Shown piece by piece: positions 43,704 through 53,400 of a stretch of DNA of 64,000 bases. Position numbers and translations under genes: made by a program. Origin of the DNA: Antedon mediterranea. Lineage: Eukaryota > Animalia > Echinodermata. Position 1 is the stretch's first letter. Each line of letters opens with the position of its first letter. Where the stretch lies: assembly GCF_964355755.1 (NCBI RefSeq), contig NC_092675.1:13015812-13079811 (forward strand), given 5' to 3'. The notes below the pieces were generated by a model. That model ran no database searches. It saw nothing but the letters and a program-made list of their open reading frames with translations, and was not told the DNA's origin.

Positions 43704-43707
43704 GGTT
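43704..43707. other. Left target-site duplication (GGTT)
   Basis: The satellite reads GAAACTT-GGTT then switches to non-satellite CACAGCTG. GGTT recurs at 47464-47467. Uninterrupted monomers have a single GGTT (GAAACTTGGTTACACAAAAAC). Confidence 0.95.
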
Positions 43708-43720
43708 CACAGCTGTTCCA
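43708..43720 (+). repeat. Left terminal inverted repeat CACAGCTGTTCCA
   Basis: Reverse complement of 47451-47463 is CACAGCTGTTTCA, 12/13 identical with the first 10 bp perfect. Confidence 0.93.
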
Positions 43721-44238
43721 GAAATATGAATTAAGTGCAGCGCCCCCAACGTTTCATAGCGTTTTATGGAGTAGCGATTCCGAAAACATATTGTATACAA
43801 ACCACATGAGGAACCCGGAAGCAATCAAGCATAAAACGACTGTTTTTTAATAGCCAATAAAAACAAATAAAGACCGCGAAAGTCAGAAAAATAATGAATA
43901 TTCATTAGAACAACCCTGGATGAAGGTGAAAAACATGTTGTCGTTGTTTTATCACGTGGATTTTAAGAGGTAATGTAATTGAAAATTGTACACCCAACGC
44001 CAGTTTTTTTCTCAAGTGATACATTTAAAAAGTAGGTATAAATGTTGTTTTCCATATCAGTTTAAAAATAATTTTTTCTGTTGAATTCTTTGATTTAGTT
44101 GGATACTTTAGTTATCCTTGAATGTTTTAACAAGGATCGTATTCATATTGCCTGGCTGGATTTTTTCCCACGCTAGCTTATAATAGGCTATGCCCAGGCC
44201 CCATTGCGTGGTTAAAACCAGCTGTGTAAGACTAATGG

Positions 44239-45153
44239 CTGTTTATTTTTAACACGTAAACATGTATATTCGGGGGGCCTCAGTAACAGTTGACCTGTTA
44301 TAAAGCTGATTAATTACTTGTTCCTGGTCCTAATTAAAAATTAGGCCTAGCCTAGGCCTAAAGCTTTTTTAATAATCATTCATATTGGGAGAGAGGAGTA
44401 CAGAGTAGGCCAGGCTACAGGCCTAGCTAGGCCTATATTATATATAGGCTAGGCTACCTCATCAGCAGGTTAAAGGCTAGCAGCCTACCTAGCATGTCTT
44501 AGTCAAAGATCTGTAATATATTAATAGAAAGAAGCTATATAGTACTGTGACATTAGATATTTAATCATAAATGCATATTTCTTTCATATTTGTATTGTAT
44601 ATTTATTATTTTGATATGCAATGAATCACAATCTAAATCAGTAAATAACATAAATTTCCGTTATCAATAAATAATTATTAATATATAAACCAAATTAAAA
44701 TAAAATAACTGTTTATTTTTAACATGTAAACATGTCTATTCGGGGGGCCTAAATGACAGTTGACCTGTTATAAAGCTGATTAATTACTTGTTCCTGGTCC
44801 TAATTAAAAATTAGGCCTAGCCTAGGCCTAAGCTTTTTTAATAATCATTCATATTGGGAGAGAGGAGTACAGAGTAGGCCAGGTTACATGCCTAGCTAGG
44901 CCTATACTATATATAGGCTAGGCTACATCATCAGCAGGTTAAAGGCTAGCAGCCTACCTAGCATGTCTTAGTCAAAGATCTGTAATATATTAATAGAAAG
45001 AAGCTATAGAGTACTGTGACATTAGATATTTAATTATAAATGCATATTTCTATCATATTTGTATTGTATATGCAATCACAATCTAAATCAGTAAATAACA
45101 TCAATTTCCGTTATCAATCAATAATATATATAAACCAAATTAAAATAAAATAA
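44239..45153. repeat. Internal tandem duplication in the transposon (about 470 bp + 445 bp copies)
   Basis: CTGTTTATTTTTAACAYGTAAACATGT starts at 44239 and again at 44709. The copies are colinear to AAACCAAATTAAAATAAAATAA, with scattered substitutions and small deletions in copy 2. Confidence 0.93.
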
Positions 45154-45598
45154 CTTCCAAAAAATTAAATTAAATTACAATTCATATACCATTTGTTAAA
45201 TATTTACAAAATCATTGTTCTAGCAATAACACAAAAAAATACTACCATTCATATGGTATACTGTACATATAATATGCAATACTATAACAATTAACTGAGA
45301 AATAGCAAACTATTCCTCAACTTTTCTGCACTTAGTTACCGGCCTAGTTACTTCATGCTGGATCTCAGGTGAAATAAACGTCAGATGTGACTTCATGATT
45401 TCCCACAAAACTCTTTCCATGGTACTGCTGTTGAGGAATTTATTTTTTCTAAATACCTCGTCCATTTTTGTACATAGAGTTCCAGTTTCAAATCTCTTGG
45501 TTCATAGTAGTTCGCTATATAAAATATATAAAAGAATTCATTTTTATAGTATTGCATGTTTTAGACATAATTTTAAAGGTATATAATGTAGGACTGAC

Positions 45599-45801
45599 CA
45601 AGTCTTTGACCTCTTGTTCTTTTAGATTTATTATGTGGCCAGTCTCTGCAATCTTACTATGCTGTTTTGTCACAAGTGACACTGAGAGTTCATTTCTTAA
45701 ATGCTCAAGATTCTCTTCTAAAGACTGGATTTTAATCATTGTACTTTGTAGCATGTCGATGTGCTGCAGCTTCTGATTTTCTCTTTCTCCTAGATGATCA
45801 C
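45599..45801 (-). pseudogene. Open internal exon encoding a coiled-coil segment of the transposase (core of ORF 45515..45847)
   Basis: Acceptor TTTAATCTCAG|GT, donor TTG|GTCAGT, 203 nt open frame with heptad-like L/I spacing and many E/K/Q residues. The listed ORF runs into AT-rich intron at both ends, and its stop TAG (45517-45515) is the next acceptor AG. Confidence 0.7.
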
Positions 45802-46341
45802 CTGAGATTAAACAGTATTGGTCAACCAAATAAATGTCAATCTGCATAAAAAATGAGCATCAACATTATTATATTTTCAAAATGTTAACAACTATTTCTT
45901 GTAGCAGATAATGATAATATATGGATAATTCATAGGAAAATAAGTTCCAGCCAAAGGTTTGCTTTATTATGCATAACAATAGGATAAACAATTTTGAAAT
46001 TCTATGCTCAAATGGACAATGTATATTTAAAGAGCAACTTGACCAATTGAGTTATTATGTAATGTCAATGTAAAGTTGAAACAACATTTGAATTTACCAG
46101 TCAAGATGTCAGCATCCTGTCGCATGTTGAATATTATAACATATTGACACCTGGAAAAATAGTTGATTGAGGAAATATTTAATAAAGAAAAGAGGTATAT
46201 TTATAAATTACTGTAACAATTGTTTGTTTCGACAGTTATTTTATACTAACATTGTTCTTTAATATGAAGTACAAACACACATTTCATTGTTTGGAGTGTG
46301 TATTAAACTTTCTAAAGAGGTGGTTATGATTATTTACCTAC

Positions 46342-46539
46342 CCTGTTTAATTCAATGTCTACCAGGTATGGCCTAACAACACTGTGCGATATTATTTTGC
46401 TTCTTTTTTTTTTCACTGCCATGGTCTACAAAAAACTTGTAGTCATGATTGTAGGCCTTGAGATGTCTACAGGCTTGAGGAACATTGTTGGTTCTGATGT
46501 CATCTTGATTACAAAAACAATAGATGCAACTGTACTTTC
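46342..46539 (-). pseudogene. Transposase exon carrying the CxxC zinc-binding motif (CIYC at 46528-46517)
   Basis: Acceptor TTTATTTTTAAAG|GA, donor AGG|GTAGGT. GKYSCIYC corresponds to the C(2)C motif that follows the second catalytic D in CMC/Transib/RAG1-type transposases. The frame is broken around the poly-A run near 46403-46413. Confidence 0.7.
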
Positions 46540-47119
46540 CTTTAAAAATAAATCAATTTTTTAATCTACAGTACTTCAGTTTTGTGTCCAAACAAATCCA
46601 AACAAGAGAGCTAATAGTCAAAATATTAAAACATTATTATACAAATGTATTACTATTGAGGCCTAGCCTAGGCTGTGACTGTCACTCAGTCACACCAGCT
46701 AGCCTAAAAATGCACCAGGAAAGCAATAATTATTATTATAAACACATGCCATTAATTATTTGGTAACAGTTATAATGATTAAATTTAGGATTAGGGTAAT
46801 TAAAGGTTTAACTATTACGAATTTTCTATGTTTCGGCCTAGCTTTATTCTAGGCCCACATTACCGTCACGGTCATCGCGGGCGTCAACGCACTTTCTAAG
46901 CCTATCGCCAAACCGTTTTCTCGCCGACAACAATAACAATGTATAAAGGGGTTGCAAAATATGCGAGTTTTACTAAAAACTGAACCAGGCTATATTAACA
47001 AAACTAGTATTATTTTGTTTATATAATAATGATGGACTATATTCTAGTTCGTTCTTTTTCTAAAAAAATTAATTATATCCACAAAAAAAGTAAAGAATAC
47101 AATGATATTTTCTACTTAC

Positions 47120-47420
47120 GATTGTTTACCATTTCTTTACACAGTTTATCTTGACTTCCTGGTTTATGTGCTGGAGAGTATTTCAGTAAAATGGACAATA
47201 TCGTCGTTTATTTATTAATTTATAGTAAAGAAACAATAAAATATTTATTTTTTAATTGAACATACACTTTTTTTAATCATTTAGTTTTGTATAAAATGTT
47301 TTACTACATAAAAACTCACGATAGCGAAATTTAATTTGGCGTTCGCGAAATAATGGTTTGTAAACAAAAATTATATGTCCGCGCGACTCGGGAGAGCCTC
47401 GTCTGCTAACACTGAGGGCG
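47120..47420 (-). promoter_or_regulatory. Putative transposase promoter region and short first coding exon (ATG GTA AAC AAT C|GTAAGT)
   Basis: Consensus donor GTAAGT at 47119-47114 (minus), 13 nt after an ATG at 47132. An ETS-like CAGGAAGT lies about 25 nt upstream, and a CpG-rich patch spans 47318-47420 next to the right TIR. Position and orientation fit the transposase remnant, but these are short motifs only. Confidence 0.4.
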
Positions 47421-47450
47421 CTTGACTTTTTCTGATATATTAACACTAGT

Positions 47451-47463
47451 TGAAACAGCTGTG
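47451..47463 (-). repeat. Right terminal inverted repeat TGAAACAGCTGTG
   Basis: Inverted match to 43708-43720, followed immediately by the GGTT TSD and resumption of the satellite in register. Confidence 0.93.
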
Positions 47464-47467
47464 GGTT
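47464..47467. other. Right target-site duplication (GGTT)
   Basis: CAGCTGTG-GGTT-ACACAAAAACATC, duplicating 43704-43707. Confidence 0.95.
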
Positions 47468-50400
47468 ACACAAAAACATCAAAGTGCTTAAAATCACATT
47501 ATAAATCGTTTTAGACCATTTTGAGCATTTCGACAAAACTTTTTCACACCAAATACCAAAGGGCTTAGAATAGCTTCAAATCTTATTTGGAGACGTTTTA
47601 GACCATTTTGTGATTTTCGAAAAAACTTTTTAACATAAAAACACCAAAGTGCTTAGAATAGCTTCAAATCACATTTGGAGACGTTTTAGACCATTTTGTG
47701 ATTTTCGAAAAAACTTGTTAACATAAAAACACGAAAGTGCTTAGAATAGTTTCAAATCGCATTTGGAAACGTTTTAGACCATTTTGTGATTTTCGAAAAA
47801 AATTGTTAACATAAAAACACCAAAGTGCTTAGAATCACATTATAAACCGTTTTAGACCATTTTGAGCATTTCGATAACAATTTTCACACAAAAACATCAA
47901 AGAGCACAAAATAGCTTAATATCGTATTTAAAAATGTTTTAGACCATTTTGAGCATTTAGATAAAACTTTTTCACACAAAACACCAAAGTGCTTAGAATA
48001 GCTTCAAATCGCATTTGGAGACCTTTTAGACCATTTTGTGATTTTTGAAAAAACTTGTTAACATAAAAACACCAAAGTGCTTAGAATAGCTTCAAATCAC
48101 ATTTGGAGACGTTTTAGACCATTTTGTGATTTTCGAAAAAACTTGTTAACATAAAAACACGAAAGTGCTTAGAATAGCTTCAAATCGCATTTGGAAACGT
48201 TTTAGACCATTTTGTGATTTTTGAAAAAACTTGTTAACATAAAAACACCAAAGTGCTTAGAATAGCTTCAAATCACATTTGGAGACGTTTTAGACCATTT
48301 TGTGATTTTCGAAAAAACTTGTTAACATAAAAACACGAAAGTGCTTAGAATAGCTTCAAATCGCATTTGGAAACGTTTTAGACCATTTTGTGATTTTCGA
48401 AAAAACTTGTTAACATAAAAACACGAAAGTGCTTAGAATAGCTTCAAATCGCATTTGGAAACGTTTTAGACCATTTTGTGATTTTCGAAAAAACTTGTTA
48501 ACATAAAAACACCAAAGTGTTTAGAATAGCTTCAAATCGCATTTGGAGACGTTTTAGACCAATTTGTGATTTTCGAAAAAACTTATCAACATAAAAACAC
48601 CAAAGGGATTAGAATAGCTTCAAATCGCATTTGGAGACGTTTTAGACCATTTTGTGATTTTGAAAAAACTTGTTAACATAAAAACACCAAAGTGCTTAGA
48701 ATAGCTTCAAATCGCATTTGGAGACGTTTTAGACCATTTTGTGATTTTCGAAAAAACTTGTTAACATAAAAACACCAAAGTGCTTAGAATAGCTTCAAAT
48801 CGTATTTGGAGACGTTTTAGACTATTTTGAGATTTTCGAAAAAACTTGGTTACACAAAAACATCAAAGTGCTTAAAATCACATTATAAACCGTTTTAGAC
48901 CATTTTGAGCATTTCGATAACACTTTTCACACAAAAACATCAAAGAGCACAAAATAGCTTAATATCGTATTTAAAAACGTTTTAGACCATTTTGAGCAAT
49001 TCGACAAAACTTTTTCACACAAAACACCAAAGTGCTTAGAATAGCTTCAAATCGCATTTGGAGACGTTTTAGACCAATTTGTGCATTTCGATGAAACTTG
49101 ATTACACAAAAACATCAAAGTGCTTAAAATCACATTATAAACCGTTTTAGACCATTTTGAGCATTTCGATAACACTTTTCACACAAAAACATCAAAGAGC
49201 ACAAAATAGCTTAATATCGTATTTAAAAACGTTTTAGACCATTTTGAGCATTTAGACAAAACTTTTTCACAAAAAACACCAAAGTGCTTAGAATAGCTTC
49301 AAATCGCATTTGGAGACGTTTTAGACCATTTTGTGCATTTCGATGAAACTTGGTTACACAAAAACATCAAAGTGCTTAAAATCACATTATAAATCGTTTT
49401 AGACCATTTTGAGCATTTCGACAAAACTTTTTCACACAAAATACCAAAGTGCTTAGAATAGCTTCAAATCGCATTTGGAGACGTTTTAGACCATTTTGTG
49501 ATTTTCGAAAAAACTTTTTAACATAAAAACACCAAAGTGCTTAGAATAGCTTCAAATCACATTTGGAGACGTTTTAGACCATAAGTGCTTAGAATCACAT
49601 TATAAACCGTTTTAGACCATTTTGAGCATTTCGATAACAATTTTAACACAAAAACATCAAAGAGCACAAAATAGCTTAATATCGTATTTAAAAATGTTTT
49701 AGACCATTTTGAGCATTTAGATAAAACTTTTTCACACAAAACACCAAAGTGCTTAGAATAGCTTCAAATCGCATTTGGAGACGTTTTAGACCAATTTGTG
49801 ATTTTTGAAAAAACTTGTTAACATAAAATCACCAAAGTGCTTAGAATAGCTTCAAATCACATTTGGAGACGTTTTAGACCATTTTGTGATTTTGAACAAA
49901 CTTGTTAACATAAAAACACCAAAGTGCTTAGAATAGCTTCAAATCGCATTTGGAGACGTTTTAGACCATTTTGTGATTTTCGAAAAAACTTGTTAACATA
50001 AAAACACGAAAGTGCTTAGAATAGCTTCAAATCGCATTTGGAAACGTTTTAGACCATTTTGTGATTTTCGAAAAAAATTGTTAACATAAAAACACCAAAG
50101 TGCTTAGAATCACATTATAAACCGTTTTAGACCATTTTGAGCATTTCGATAACAATTTTCACACAAAAACATCAAAGAGCACAAAATAGCTTAATATCGT
50201 ATTTAAAAATGTTTTAGACCATTTTGAGCATTTAGATAAAACTTTTTCACACAAAACACCAAAGTGCTTAGAATAGCTTCAAATCGCATTTGGAGACGTT
50301 TTAGACCATTTTGTGATTTTTGAAAAAACTTGTTAACATAAAAACACCAAAGTGCTTAGAATAGCTTCAAATCACATTTGGAGACGTTTTAGACCATTTT

Positions 50401-53400
50401 GTGATTTTCGAAAAAACTTTTTAACATAAAAACACCAAAGTGCTTAGAATAGCTTCAAATCACATTTGGAGACGTTTTAGACCATTTTGTGATTTTTGAA
50501 AAAACTTGTTAACATAAAAACACGAAAGTGCTTAGAATAGCTTCAAATCGCATTTGGAAACGTTTTAGACCATTTTGTGATTTTCGAAAAAGATTGTTAA
50601 CATAAAAACACCAAAGTGCTTAGAATCACATTATAAACCGTTTTAGACCATTTTGAGCATTTCGATAACAATTTTCACACAAAAACATCAAAGAGCACAA
50701 AATAGCTTAATATCGTATTTAAAAATGTTTTAGACCATTTTGAGCATTTAGATAAAACTTTTTCACACAAAACACCAAAGTGCTTAGAATAGCTTCAAAT
50801 CGCATTTGGAGACGGTTTAGACCATTTTGTGATTTTGAAAAAACTTGTTAACATAAAAACACCAAAGTGCTTAGAATAGCTTCAAATCGCATTTGGAGAC
50901 GTTTTAGACCATTTTGTGATTTTCGAAAAAACTTGTTAACATAAAAACACCAAAGGGCTTAGAATAGCTTCAAATCGTATTTGGAGACGTTTTAGACCAT
51001 TTTGAGATTTTCGAAAAAACTTGGTTACACAAAAACATCAAAGTGCTTAAAATCACATTATAAACCGTTTTAGACCATTTTGAGCATTTCGATAACACTT
51101 TCACACAAAAACATCAAAGAGCACAAAATAGCTTAATATCGTATTTAAAAACGTTTTAGACCATTTTGAGCATTTCGACAAAACTTTTTCACACAAAACA
51201 CCAAAGTGCTTAGAATAGCTTCAAATCGCATTTGGAGACGTTTTAGACCAATTTGTGCATTTCGATGAAACTTGATTACACAAAAACTTCAAAGTGCTTA
51301 AAATCACATTATAAACCGTTTTAGACCATTTTGAGCATTTCGATAACACTTTTCACACAAAAACATCAAAGAGCACAAAATAGCTTAATATCGTATTTAA
51401 AAACGTTTTAGACCATTTTGAGCATTTAGACAAAACTTTTTCACACAAAACACCAAAGTGCTTAGAATAGCTTCAAATCGCATTTGGAGACGTTTTAGAC
51501 CATTTTGTGCATTTCGAAGGAACTTGGTTACACAAAAACATCAAAGTGCTTAAAATCACATTATAAATCGTTTTAGACCATTTTGAGCATTTCGACAAAA
51601 CTTTTTCACACAAAATACAAAAGTGCTTAGAATAGCTTCAAATCGCATTTGGAGACGTTTTAGACCATTTTGTGATTTTCGAAAAAACTTTTTAACATAA
51701 AAACACCAAAGTGCTTAGAATAGCTTCAAATCACATTTGGAGACGTTTTAGACCATTTTGTGATTTTCGAAAAAACTTGTTAACATAAAAACACGAAAGT
51801 GCTTAGAATAGCTTCAAATCGCATTTGGAGACGTTTTAGACCATTTTGTGATTTTTGAAAAAACTTGTTAACATAAAAACACCAAAGTGCTTAGAATAGC
51901 TTCAAATCACATTTGGAGATGTTTTAGACCATTTTGTGATTTTTGAAAAAACTTGTTAACATAAAAACACGAAAGTGCTTAGAATAGCTTCAAATCACAT
52001 TTGGAGACGTTTTAGACCATTTTGTGATTTTTGAAAAAACTTGTTAACATAAAAACACGAAAGTGCTTAGAATAGCTTCAAATCGCATTTGGAAACGTTT
52101 TAGACCATTTTGTGATTTTCGAAAAAGATTGTTAACATAAAAACACCAATGTGCTTAGAATCACATTATAAACCGTTTTAGACCATTTTGAGCATTTCGA
52201 TAACAATTTTCACACAAAAACATCAAAGAGCACAAAATAGCTTAATATCGTATTTATAAATGTTTTAGACCATTTTGAGCATTTCGACAAAACTTTTTCA
52301 CACAAAACACCAAAGTGCTTAGAATAGCTTCAAATCGCATTTGGAGACGTTTTTTTATACCATTTTGTGATTTCGATGAAACTTGATTACACAAAAACAT
52401 CAAAGTGCTTAAAATCACATTATAAACCGTTTTAGACCATTTTGAGCATTTCGATAACACTTTTCACACAAAAACATCAAAGAGCACAAAATAGCTTAAT
52501 ATCGTATTTAAAAACGTTTTAGACCATTTTGAGCTTTTAGACAAAACTTTTTCACACAAAACACCAAAGTGCTTAGAATAGCTTCAAATCGCATTTGGAG
52601 ACGTTTTAGAACATTTTGTGTTTTTCGAAAAAAACTGTTAACATAAAAACACCAAAGTGCTTAGAATAGCTTCAAATCGCATTTGGAGACGTTTTAGAAC
52701 ATTTTGTGTTCTTCGAAAAAACCTGTTAACATAAAAACACCAAAGTGCTTAGAATAGCTTCAAATCGCATTTGGAGACGTTTTAGACCATTTTGTGATTT
52801 TTGAAAAAACCTGTTAACATAAAAACACCAAAGTGCTTAGAATAGCTTCAAATCACATTTGGAGACGTTTTAGACCATTTTGTGATTTTCGAAAAAACTT
52901 GTTAACATAAAAACACGAAAGTGCTTAGAATAGCTTCAAATCGCATTTGGAAACGTTTTAGACCATTTTGTGATTTTCGAAAAAGATTGTTAACATAAAA
53001 ACACCAAAGTGCTTAGAATCACAATATAAACCGTTTTAGACCATTTTGAGCATTTCGATAACAATTTTCACACAAAAACATCAAAGAGCACAAAATAGCT
53101 TAATATCGTATTTAAAAATGTTTTAGACCATTTTGAGCATTTAGATAAAACTTTTTCACACAAAACACCAAAGTGCTTAGAATAGCTTCAAATCGCATTT
53201 GGAGACGGTTTAGACCATTTTGTGATTTTGAAAAAACTTGTTAACATAAAAACACCAAAGTGCTTAGAATAGCTTCAAATCGCATTTGGAGACGTTTTAG
53301 ACCATTTTGTGATTTTCGAAAAAACTTGTTAACATAAAAACACCAAAGTGCTTAGAATAGCTTCAAATCGTATTTGGAGACGTTTTAGACCATCTTGAGA

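Larger units (their letters stand above)
1..43707. repeat. Tandem satellite DNA array (77-88 bp monomer family), left of the transposon insertion; probably centromeric or pericentromeric
   Basis: Continuous head-to-tail repeats. Type A, 88 bp, e.g. 541-628 (AAAGTGCTTAGAATAGCTTCAAATCRCATTTGGAGACGTTTTAGACCATTTTGTGATTTTCGAAAAAACTTGTTAACATAAAAACAC..). Type B, 77 bp, e.g. 113-189. Type C, 87 bp, e.g. 190-276. Type D, 88 bp, an A variant ending GTGCATTTCGATGAAACTTGRTTACACAAAAACATC. The centromeric location is inference only. Confidence 0.98.
45310..46539 (-). pseudogene. Decayed, spliced DDE transposase remnant (Chapaev/CMC type)
   Basis: Hand-translated minus-strand exons bounded by AG/GT. 46539-46342: (G)KYSCIYCFCNQDDIRTNNVPQACRHLKAYNHDYKFFVDHGSEKKK, frameshifted, then HSVVRPYLVDIELNR. 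46150-46098: VSICY / IIFNMRQDADILT. 45801-45599: coiled coil GDHLGERENQKLQH...KEQEVKDL. 45514-45310: RTTMNQE / FETGTLCTKMDEVFRKNK / IPQQQYHGKSFVGNH / IMKSHLTFISPEIQHEVTRPVTKCRKVEE*. The motif order fits recalled Chapaev transposase architecture. There are several frameshifts and no recognisable catalytic D/D/E segments. Confidence 0.78.
43708..47463 (-). mobile_element. Non-autonomous cut-and-paste DNA transposon, 3756 bp, Chapaev-like (CMC superfamily)
   Basis: TIRs CACAGCTGTTCCA and TGAAACAGCTGTG (13 bp, 1 mismatch), 5'-CAC...GTG-3' termini and a 4-bp TSD, which are the described hallmarks of Chapaev. Minus-strand transposase remnants include CxxC and YHGKSFVGNH. The offset to the paralogous empty site changes from 15440 to 19200 across the insertion (3756+4). 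The DNA-transposon call is very secure; the family call is slightly less so. Confidence 0.9.

Noticed and set aside
1-43707. CRISPR array interpretation of the regularly spaced conserved motif
   Set aside because: Sequences between the conserved cores are themselves repeated, not unique spacers. There are no cas genes, and the context is eukaryotic (spliceosomal-type introns).
43890-43975. Possible second, convergent plus-strand gene exon near the left end (ends GAG|GTAATG)
   Set aside because: Short frames with stops, no recognisable motif and no convincing downstream exons, so support is insufficient.
45515-45847. 110-aa ORF as a standalone gene
   Set aside because: Better explained as one internal exon (45801-45599) plus intronic read-through at both ends.
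45395-46766. Plus-strand ORFs 45395-45586, 45468-45776, 46355-46564 and 46524-46766
   Set aside because: They are antisense shadows of the minus-strand transposase exons and AT-rich introns, with no recognisable protein features.
46783-46810. Telomere-like TTTAGG/TTAGGG words
   Set aside because: There is only a single TTAGGG and no tandem array.
43703-47468. Transib/ProtoRAG (5-bp TSD), CACTA (2-3 bp TSD) or LTR retrotransposon assignment
   Set aside because: The 5-bp flanks differ (TGGTT vs GGTTA) and the empty-site arithmetic gives exactly 4 bp. The termini are CACAG, not CACTA/CACTG or TG...CA. There are no LTRs and no RAG2-like sequence was seen.
47273-47536. 87-aa ORF crossing the right transposon junction
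   Set aside because: It is a chimera of satellite and TIR sequence created by the insertion, with no coding signal.
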